Below are positions 8,799 to 15,840 of a DNA stretch of 20,000 nt, piece by piece. The position numbers and the translations under genes are program-made. The DNA comes from an uncultured virus (IMG/VR IMGVR_UViG_3300033149_002562) (lineage: Duplodnaviria; Heunggongvirae; Uroviricota; Caudoviricetes). A model generated the notes under the pieces. It ran no database searches. It was given only the letters and a program-made list of their open reading frames with translations, and had not been told where the DNA came from. The stretch's first letter is position 1; each line of letters begins with the position of its first letter. The DNA lies in IMG/VR virus record IMGVR_UViG_3300033149_002562, one strand, 5' to 3'.

Positions 8799-9297
8799 AG
8801 CCCGCGTTGAACTAGGTCGCATCAAGGACGGGCTGCACGCCCTCCGCGAGCAGGATCGGCACCGTTACGTCTTCGAGGTTGCGGAGCCCATCGCCGTTGT
8901 CTGGGCCTACGCCGTCCCGTTCGGCCGCACGGTGCGGTATACGACGTGGGAATTGGAGCTAGACGTAGCAATGGAGTTTGCTAGCGCTAAAGACGCCGAC
9001 GCCCTGCCCCTGTGCGCGACGGGTACGAACGAGCCTATGGGTGCCCTCGTCGTGGCTCGGCGGCGCTGGCTGGAGTGGCACGTCAGCGAAGTGTGGGACC
9101 GCTGGCAGAGCGGCCAGACGCCTGACGGCTCGCCCTTGGAGAAGCTGCTGACTCTATGGGACCGGATAGAACCGGGGACGTGGTGCGTGCGTGATTACCA
9201 CGAATCGGGCACCGGGATTGGGCGATGCGATGGATTGAGCTATCGGCCCCCGGAACTCGTGTTTTCTCACCGCGTAACGTGGAAGCTATGGACATAA
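8788..9297 (+). CDS. Hypothetical protein
   Basis: SD GGAGG; overlaps the previous stop; co-oriented. Confidence 0.6.
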   Translation: MGAEARVELGRIKDGLHALREQDRHRYVFEVAEPIAVVWAYAVPFGRTVRYTTWELELDVAMEFASAKDADALPLCATGTNEPMGALVVARRRWLEWHVSEVWDRWQSGQTPDGSPLEKLLTLWDRIEPGTWCVRDYHESGTGIGRCDGLSYRPPELVFSHRVTWKLWT

Positions 9298-9325
9298 CCG
9301 CCGACCGAAACCTCCTGCCGCGATA

Positions 9326-10486
9326 ATGACTGAGCTGCCCTCTTGCTACCGCTGCGGAAAGCAGCCCTGCGAGTGCGGGGACGGCGTGACGCTGTACTAC
9401 GCCGACTGCCGCGACGTGCTCGCCGCTATGCCGGAGTCATCGGTACATGCGATTGTGACCGACCCACCATACGGTCTCGCGTTCATGGGTAAGTCGTGGG
9501 ATGCGTCAATTCCGCAAGTCTGGAAGCCGCTTATGCGCGTCGCCAAGCCCGGCTGCCACCTATTGGCGTTCAGCGGCACCCGAACGTTTCACCGGTTGGC
9601 CTGCGCCCTGGAGGACGCCGGATGGGAAATCAGAGACTGCATCATGTGGGTGTACGGGTCGGGTTTCCCGAAATCGCTGGACGTGAGTAAGGCCATTGAT
9701 AAAGCCGACCCAGTCACGCCCGCCGCTCGGAAATGGCAGGGCTGGGGCACCGCCCTGAAGCCCGCGTGGGAGCCCATCATCGTTGCTCGCAAGCCGCTGG
9801 CCGGGACGGTGGCCGCCAACGTGCTGGAGCACGGTTGCGGCGCGCTAAACATCGACGGCTGCCGCGTGCCCGCAAACGGCGAGACGCCAAGCGCCGATCG
9901 ACGCGCCGCGGCAGCCAAGAGCGGCAAGGCCGGTTGCGATCTGCATTCTGCGATGCGCAAACGTAAGGACCAACCTCCGTGGAACAAAGACCTCGCTCAA
10001 TACACCGCGCCGCGCCCCGGCGAGCAGATCGGCCGTTGGCCCGCCAACCTGGTCCATGACGGCAGCCAAGAAGTCCTGGGGCTGTTTCCGCAAAGCGATC
10101 GCGGCAAGGCGAGGGTGATCAATCGCACCAGCGCCTCCGGAAACGGCGCGGTAGTCATGGGATTCCACGGCGTTGAAGGTCCGGCGGGCTTCGGCTTCGG
10201 CGACTCCGGCTCTGCCGCCCGGTTTTTCTACTGCGCTAAGGCATCCCGCGCCGAACGCGGCCACGGCAATACGCACCCAACCGTCAAACCGCTCGCGCTG
10301 ATGGACTGGCTCTGCCGTCTCGTCTCGCAGCCCGGCGGCCGCGGCGTCCTTTTGGACCCATTCGTTGGCTCCGGCTCCGCTTTACTCGTTGCTACTAAGT
10401 GGTTCGATCACGCCATTGGGATCGAACGTGAGGAGGAGTATTGCGCGATCACTGCCAACCGCCTGGGGCAGGAGATGCTGTTTTGA
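9326..10486 (+). CDS. DNA methyltransferase, N4-C/N6-A, beta class
   Basis: IVTDPPY (motif IV) N-terminal; HPTVKP; LDPFVGSGS (motif I) C-terminal; GFPKS and ARFFYCAKAS typical of phage orphan MTases. Confidence 0.93.
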   Translation: MTELPSCYRCGKQPCECGDGVTLYYADCRDVLAAMPESSVHAIVTDPPYGLAFMGKSWDASIPQVWKPLMRVAKPGCHLLAFSGTRTFHRLACALEDAGWEIRDCIMWVYGSGFPKSLDVSKAIDKADPVTPAARKWQGWGTALKPAWEPIIVARKPLAGTVAANVLEHGCGALNIDGCRVPANGETPSADRRAAAAKSGKAGCDLHSAMRKRKDQPPWNKDLAQYTAPRPGEQIGRWPANLVHDGSQEVLGLFPQSDRGKARVINRTSASGNGAVVMGFHGVEGPAGFGFGDSGSAARFFYCAKASRAERGHGNTHPTVKPLALMDWLCRLVSQPGGRGVLLDPFVGSGSALLVATKWFDHAIGIEREEEYCAITANRLGQEMLF

Positions 10487-10513
10487 CCAACGCAACCCGT
10501 AAGGAGGCACGCA

Positions 10514-10789
10514 ATGCCTGACGAACCAGAACTATCGGCGGCCGATCTTCATAAACTCGCCTCGGAACTCAAGACGATCCGCGAGGAGCTAGAGGACCGG
10601 ATGTTCGACCGAAGTGCCGAAGTCAACCTCCGCATGACCCGAATCATAGCGGCGTCGCGCATCGTAGCGGGGTTCATTCAAGCCCAGGGACTCGATCCAG
10701 AGGCGGACATGCGATACTACACCCAGCGAGCGGTCTACTGGGTTGCGGCTATTGAAGACATGATCGAGCAGGAGCTTGGCGATGACTGA
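10514..10789 (+). CDS. Hypothetical protein
   Basis: Perfect SD AAGGAGG at 10501. Confidence 0.7.
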   Translation: MPDEPELSAADLHKLASELKTIREELEDRMFDRSAEVNLRMTRIIAASRIVAGFIQAQGLDPEADMRYYTQRAVYWVAAIEDMIEQELGDD

Positions 10790-10907
10790 CGACAACATTC
10801 TGCTCACCCACATCCGGGGTTTCATCGTCAAGTCCGGTGGACTGAAACGGACATGGGAGGCAACCCAACAACGCGACACGATAGAGCGAGGAGAACGTAC
10901 CCCATGA
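10782..10907 (+). CDS. Small hypothetical protein (41 aa)
   Basis: Below the ORF-track cutoff: MTDDNILLTHIRGFIVKSGGLKRTWEATQQRDTIERGERTP; AGGAG SD; overlaps both neighbours (ATGA with the next). Confidence 0.45.
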   Translation: MTDDNILLTHIRGFIVKSGGLKRTWEATQQRDTIERGERTP

Positions 10908-11113
10908 GCAAGACGATTACCCTCGAAGACGTTGGCCAACTCGCGGAGAAGGCCGGAAAGCGCAAGGCGCTGTTGTTCTGGTTCGATGACGCTGACGGTT
11001 GCTACGGGGCCATCTCGTGGGGCAAAACCGAGCGGGATCGCCACGAGATGGCCGTCATGCTTGGGGACATCTGCGATATGATCGGCCGAGCTAGCGAACC
11101 GGAGGACTTTTGA
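10904..11113 (+). CDS. Hypothetical protein
   Basis: Start refined to MSKTITLED with SD GAGGAG. Confidence 0.65.
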   Translation: MSKTITLEDVGQLAEKAGKRKALLFWFDDADGCYGAISWGKTERDRHEMAVMLGDICDMIGRASEPEDF

Positions 11114-11134
11114 TGAAAGGAGGCTGACGCGATA

Positions 11135-11848
11135 ATGGCGACTCGAATCGAATGGACCGACGAGACGTGGAATCCGGTCACGGGCTGCTCCCACGCTGGC
11201 ACGCCAGGCTGCGACAAGTGTTACGCGCGGCGAATGGCGCATCGCCTACGGGGGCGCTTCGGCTATCCAGCCGACGAACCTTTTCGAGTGACGTTCCATC
11301 GTGATCGACTCGATCAACCAACGCGATGGCACAAGTCGCGGCGTGTTTTCGTATGCTCAATGGGGGACCTGTGGCATCGAGACGTGAACCCGCGCGACCG
11401 TACCGCCGTGATTCGCGCCACTAACCCGGCACCACAGCACGTCTATTTGTTCTTGACGAAACGGCCCTGCCGATTCCACCTATTCAGCGGAGACTGGACC
11501 GGGCAACCTAACTTCTGGCTCGGCGTGTCCGTCGAAAACAATCGGGCAGCACAACAAAGGGTTCCCGCTTTGCTGGCGGCAAAGGTCGCACATCGGTGTG
11601 TCTCGTGCGAGCCGCTACTCGAAGGCCACGTCGATCTGACACCGTACCTTCACGCGCTGGAATGGGTGATCTGCGGCGCAGAGACCGGACCGGGAGCACG
11701 TCGCATGGACGATGAGTGGACCGTGTCTGTACGAGATCAATGCAAGCGCGCAGGCGTGCCGTTCTTTTTCAAGCGCGACTCCCGCGGGTCGCGGCTCTTA
11801 GATGGCGCGATCTACGAAGGTTTACCACAATTCTTCAGAGGAGAATGA
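11135..11848 (+). CDS. Phage Gp37/Gp68 family protein (DUF5131, radical-SAM-like)
   Basis: IEWTDETWNPVTGC...GCDKCYA, RVFVCSMGDLWH, LTKRP, WLGVSVEN, SCEPLL, WVICGAETGPGAR, PFFFK; SD AAGGAGG. Confidence 0.93.
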   Translation: MATRIEWTDETWNPVTGCSHAGTPGCDKCYARRMAHRLRGRFGYPADEPFRVTFHRDRLDQPTRWHKSRRVFVCSMGDLWHRDVNPRDRTAVIRATNPAPQHVYLFLTKRPCRFHLFSGDWTGQPNFWLGVSVENNRAAQQRVPALLAAKVAHRCVSCEPLLEGHVDLTPYLHALEWVICGAETGPGARRMDDEWTVSVRDQCKRAGVPFFFKRDSRGSRLLDGAIYEGLPQFFRGE

Positions 11849-11849
11849 A

Positions 11850-12305
11850 ATGCTGTTCAATCGCCGCGTCCCGGACGAGGGTGGCTGGTACTGGCGCAAG
11901 TCCAACGACCAGATGTGGCAAATGGCCTACGTCGATGACCACGACGAGCAGGTTACGCTGTTCCACCACGACCAGAACGGCGTGCTGCGCAGGCCCGCGA
12001 CCGTCGATTTCGACAAGATTACGGAGGAATCGGACTGGTACGGCCCGATAGGTTGTCCGGGCGGCGACGTGCCTGCGACGACCGTGCTGCTCAGTGAAGA
12101 CCTCGTAGGCGAGGCTAAAAGAGACGGCAAGGCTATCGTCGTCCGGTATTTCGATTTTCGATTTTGCCGAAACCGCGGCACGAGCGCGCACGTTACGGTA
12201 TACGATGTAATGAGCCGGGGCGAGGCCCAAGACGAGATTCAGTCGCTACTCAATCCATGGCCAGCCAAACAGGTAGACGGCCAGCCAATCACAAAAGCAG
12301 AGTAA
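11850..12305 (+). CDS. Hypothetical protein
   Basis: Start refined to MLFNRR (SD GAGGAG); P..GGWYW motif. Confidence 0.65.
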   Translation: MLFNRRVPDEGGWYWRKSNDQMWQMAYVDDHDEQVTLFHHDQNGVLRRPATVDFDKITEESDWYGPIGCPGGDVPATTVLLSEDLVGEAKRDGKAIVVRYFDFRFCRNRGTSAHVTVYDVMSRGEAQDEIQSLLNPWPAKQVDGQPITKAE

Positions 12306-12308
12306 GCA

Positions 12309-12659
12309 ATGTCGTCTCGACAACATAACGACTACGCTGAAGGATTTTGCCGCCTATGGCGGACAACTTATCCTGACGACATGCCCGAACCGATACGTGA
12401 GTACGTATTCGCGCCACCACGTAAATGGCGGTTTGACTTGTGCTGGCCAGACGCGAAATTGGCCGTCGAGATCGAGGGACACGGCCCTGGCGGCCTCGGC
12501 CGCCATCAGCGACGGGCTGGCTTCACCCGAGACGTGGTGAAGTACCGCGAGGCGGTGAAGTTGGGCTGGCGACTGTTACGCTATACGAGTGATGAAATGC
12601 GGACGCGACCGGTTCAGGTGATCGAGGAGGTGGCGGAGATGTTATGGCAGTTGCTATAG
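12309..12659 (+). CDS. Vsr/DUF559-like PD-(D/E)XK endonuclease
   Basis: REYVFAPPRKWRFDLCWP..KLAVEIEG...GRH.R..GF..D..KY..A..LGWRLLRYT. Confidence 0.85.
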   Translation: MSSRQHNDYAEGFCRLWRTTYPDDMPEPIREYVFAPPRKWRFDLCWPDAKLAVEIEGHGPGGLGRHQRRAGFTRDVVKYREAVKLGWRLLRYTSDEMRTRPVQVIEEVAEMLWQLL

Positions 12660-12671
12660 AAGGGATGCACG

Positions 12672-13175
12672 TCATGGCAGTCGCAGGCGGCGATTACGCC
12701 GATACGTTTCAAGCACCGCCTGAGAAGAATACAGGTCCGGCAGATATGACTGGCGAAGCTCGGCGAGCCGCCGCCAATCGGTAGTCGCCTGATCGGTATG
12801 CCACTTGGCCCATAGCAGCAGGCCGAAGCGTTCGTCACGATCACGGGGCAGATCCGGCAGCCCGTCGGCCCACGAGGATGGAGCCCCCCCGTGCCCCAGC
12901 CACTCGTGGCACTCGACGCATAGCATGATAAGGTTGCACGATTCATCACTGCGACCCGCACCGCCGATGCCGTGCGCGAGGTGGTGTATCTCGCAGCGGA
13001 TCACCCGCTTGGATCGGCCGCACACCTGACAGTGATCCCAAAGGTAATGGAGCTCGACCAGAGTACCAGGCGACTTGATGGGCGGCCTGTGATACTGCCC
13101 GAGCGTAACCGCCGTCCGGTGATCGTCGAAAGCAAGTCGGCTGCGGTCAAGGAATGTGCCTCGCATAAGCCTCAC
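12672..13175 (-). CDS. HNH endonuclease
   Basis: CQVC...EIHH...GRSD...NLIMLCVECH; GTGA overlap with the csrA stop. Confidence 0.8.
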   Translation of the reverse strand: MRLMRGTFLDRSRLAFDDHRTAVTLGQYHRPPIKSPGTLVELHYLWDHCQVCGRSKRVIRCEIHHLAHGIGGAGRSDESCNLIMLCVECHEWLGHGGAPSSWADGLPDLPRDRDERFGLLLWAKWHTDQATTDWRRLAELRQSYLPDLYSSQAVLETYRRNRRLRLP

Positions 13176-13372
13176 TGCTTCTTCGACGATGACGGTGCTT
13201 CACACCCGTGTATTGCCTCGTACACTTCTCGGCGGTGAACCGGGACTTCGTTCGGAGCCTCGATCCCGAGTCGCACTTTGTCTCCTCGGATCGCAAGGAT
13301 GACAACGGTCACGGCCCGGTCACCCTCGTTTATGATGATCGACTCATTCTCTTTTCGTTGCAATACCAACAT
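13172..13372 (-). CDS. csrA: Carbon storage regulator CsrA/RsmA
   Basis: MLVLQRKENESIII...IRGDKVRLGIEAPNEVPVHRREVYEAI; SD AAGGAGG. Confidence 0.95.
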   Translation of the reverse strand: MLVLQRKENESIIINEGDRAVTVVILAIRGDKVRLGIEAPNEVPVHRREVYEAIHGCEAPSSSKKQ

Positions 13373-13499
13373 CGTCAGTCCTCCTTACTGAGAGTACGTA
13401 AAGCAGAAACGCGGCGGCTCGGCGCACCTGTTATCGTGGCCGCACCGCCTGGTCCGGGTCGGTACGGCATTGCCTCTCGTTTCCTCCTCATGGGTTAGT

Positions 13500-13744
13500 G
13501 TTGACGAAACGCAACCGAACCGAGCCGCCGCGAGTGGCCCTGGCCCGACCTAACCGGGCTGTACCCAAACGGTAGCAGAGCCAAAGCCGACGGCGCAAAC
13601 CAAACCATCGGCGATCGCCGTGACGACGAATCACGGCGGAGACCATTTAGCTCAAAGGGAGGTCGGGGGCAAGCGTCCGCCGTGCTCGCCAAGGGTCGCT
13701 CCTGCTGCTCTCCGTCACGCCTCCACTCCATCGGCCCGACCTCT
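13500..13744 (-). ncRNA. Candidate structured RNA (GGA-rich domain plus three-way junction) upstream of csrA
   Basis: Multiple stems with G-U pairs that form only on the minus strand; five GGA motifs; begins about 6 nt after TGTGCTATAAT. Confidence 0.55.
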
Positions 13745-13749
13745 CTGCT

Positions 13750-13760
13750 ATTATAGCACA
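13750..13760 (-). promoter_or_regulatory. Extended -10 promoter
   Basis: TGTGCTATAAT is a perfect TGnTATAAT; it overlaps the stop codon of 13751-14092. Confidence 0.7.
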
Positions 13761-14092
13761 ATCGCATGATACCAGTCGTTATCGCGGAGCCATCGTAACT
13801 CCGCGTCGATTGCGTCCGCTCGCCGCCTACATGGCCCGAGAATCACGGCGGCTACCAACATTCTGGCCTGCCATTCACAGGGCCATCGGCGAGTGAACGC
13901 TGCAAGCCAAGAGTCGTCTCGCACGCGACGACGGATCGCGTGAAATATCCACCGCAGCAGTCGATTGACCGGCTCGACGTGCGACACTCTCCGCTTCGTC
14001 GTCGTGCCGAGATCGTGCAACTCGTGAAGTTCGCCGCTGTCAATGAACTTCAGGCTACCGTCCGGCTCGACAGTGATGGTCAACTCGTGCAC
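13751..14092 (-). CDS. Conserved hypothetical protein of the DUF1257/DUF2997 module
   Basis: ITVEPDGS...LG....RRVSHVEP...W.A....LGP..RRADAIDAE..WL; GTG start with GGGGAG SD. Confidence 0.7.
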   Translation of the reverse strand: MHELTITVEPDGSLKFIDSGELHELHDLGTTTKRRVSHVEPVNRLLRWIFHAIRRRVRDDSWLAAFTRRWPCEWQARMLVAAVILGPCRRRADAIDAELRWLRDNDWYHAIVL

Positions 14093-14096
14093 GGAA

Positions 14097-14279
14097 CTAT
14101 CTCCCCTGTCGCACGTGAGCGTCCTGCCGATAATACTCCGGCGTCAAGCGGTCCTCTACGACCACGCCGAATGCTCGTTCAAGTTCGGCGGTCACGTCCT
14201 TACACGACCGTCCCGCGACGCCCTTGACCTCGATGATCGGGACGCCGTACTTGTCGATTGTGACTATGACCTGCTCCAT
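14097..14279 (-). CDS. DUF2997 family protein
   Basis: MEQVIVTIDKYG...IEVKGVAGRSCKDVTAELERAFG......TPEYY; SD AGGAG. Confidence 0.85.
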   Translation of the reverse strand: MEQVIVTIDKYGVPIIEVKGVAGRSCKDVTAELERAFGVVVEDRLTPEYYRQDAHVRQGR

Positions 14280-14307
14280 GTCTCGGTCTCCTATGCTTGT
14301 GATGATG

Positions 14308-14757
14308 CTACCGCACACAGCGGAGCTTTATCTGATGCGTCTGCGGATCATATTGCTCGCTGACACGCCACCCGCGACGCCGCATGGTCTTTTTCGTGAC
14401 TTCGGCCCCGTATTGCTGCCTCAGCCGCTCGCAACCGGAGCCGAGCAGCTTGCGGATACGCTGCCCCGGGCCATAAAAGTCGTAGATCGGGACGAGACGC
14501 CCCCTGTCGTCGCGAACCAAACCGATCTCATATTCGCAATCGGGCACGCGAATCGCATGTTCGCACTTGCCGTACTGTTCGGGCTTGATACCGTGATGGT
14601 AGGCAGCATCGGCCGCGTGATAGTCGTTCACCCATCGGCCGTACCATGCCCAGGTCTTCTGCGCTTCGCAGAACTCCAACCCGAGCTTTTCGCACGCCCG
14701 TTTGAGAGCGTCGATGTCTTTGACCTCTAGCTCACACTTGGCGACGTGGCTCATCAT
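14308..14757 (-). CDS. DUF1257 (Ycf35-like) protein
   Basis: MSHVAKCELEVKDIDALKRACEKLGLEF...YEIGL...YDFY...LRQQYGAE...GWRV; SD AGGAG. Confidence 0.85.
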   Translation of the reverse strand: MMSHVAKCELEVKDIDALKRACEKLGLEFCEAQKTWAWYGRWVNDYHAADAAYHHGIKPEQYGKCEHAIRVPDCEYEIGLVRDDRGRLVPIYDFYGPGQRIRKLLGSGCERLRQQYGAEVTKKTMRRRGWRVSEQYDPQTHQIKLRCVR

Positions 14758-14826
14758 TTATTCTCCTGCGTTTCGAGAAACGGCCAATAGACCTTCTCCT
14801 ACCTGCTCCATTATAACGCACTCACG

Positions 14827-15771
14827 CTATTCATCGTCGCCGAACGTGATCCGGCGGCTAGGCATCGCAGCGACCAACTCGGTGGCCTTGGCCTCTACCT
14901 CCGCAAGTGCCGCCCCAGCGACGGCCCGTAGATCGTCCTTGTTTTTCTTCAGCGCATCGTAATCGAAGCCGTCCATGACCTCCCGGGCCTTGACGACAAG
15001 CTGCTTCAGTTCGTCATCGTCAAGCACGTTGCGTTTATCGAACGTACTCAGAAACCGCTCTAGCCGCTCGTAGTTGCCTGGATGCAACTTCTTTCGCTTC
15101 CCATCCGCGTCCGGTGTCAATGCCCCGGTGAGCACCCCAAGCAGTTTGCCGAACGCAAACCGCAGCGCAGCTTTCACCTCGTGAGCTTCATTCTCCAAGT
15201 CTTTGCGAATGCGCTCTAAGTTGGCTTGGGCCACAACCGCCCCAACCTTACTCTCGCCAGGCGGCGTAAACTCGATAAGTCGCCTCTCGATCCAGAACTT
15301 CGACCGATATCGCTCGGGGGTGTCGTACACTGACGGATCGTACAACTCTCTGAGTGACTCCCGCTCGGCATCGGCCGAAAGTCGATTCTCGTACAGCACG
15401 GCAGCGGCGTCCGCGTGAGCCATCGCCTGCGACTCCACCTCGTCGAGTCGCTCGAATACCTCCTCGACGGACGTAACCGGAATCGCGTAGCGACCCGGCC
15501 CAAGCCGAAAGTCCACCGCAATGCAATCACGCAACCAACTCTTCGTTTCGATACGAAGCCGATTGTAAGCGTCGTGGTACTCGTTCTCGATGATTTTGCG
15601 GTTGGACCTGACTCGCGATTGATCGGCCTTCTGTTCATCATCGGTCGCCCCGACCCGGCGAACCTCCGCCTCGCCGGGCCGAAACGTGCGCCGCATTCCA
15701 GGCTGATGGAACGTCAGCTCCAAGATCACCGTGTTGTCTAGCAGCTTGTTGTTGTTGACGGCACTATTCAT
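14827..15771 (-). CDS. DUF3150-like protein
   Basis: G.YAIP...VEEV..RL...LYDPSVY...RSKF.IE pattern followed by a long helical region; start refined to MNSAV (SD AGGAG). Confidence 0.6.
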   Translation of the reverse strand: MNSAVNNNKLLDNTVILELTFHQPGMRRTFRPGEAEVRRVGATDDEQKADQSRVRSNRKIIENEYHDAYNRLRIETKSWLRDCIAVDFRLGPGRYAIPVTSVEEVFERLDEVESQAMAHADAAAVLYENRLSADAERESLRELYDPSVYDTPERYRSKFWIERRLIEFTPPGESKVGAVVAQANLERIRKDLENEAHEVKAALRFAFGKLLGVLTGALTPDADGKRKKLHPGNYERLERFLSTFDKRNVLDDDELKQLVVKAREVMDGFDYDALKKNKDDLRAVAGAALAEVEAKATELVAAMPSRRITFGDDE

Positions 15772-15840
15772 TCTCGTTTCTCCTGTGACAAGTGAAAACG
15801 AATGTGAAAACGAACTCGCCTCTTCTTTGTCAGAGGGCAA

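Noticed and set aside
9326..12659. Methyltransferase plus 12309 nuclease as a restriction-modification system
   Set aside because: They are not adjacent; both are common stand-alone phage families.
13495..13767. 90-aa minus-strand ORF
   Set aside because: No SD, low-information composition, and it overlaps a promoter and dense RNA stems; better explained as non-coding, though not excluded.
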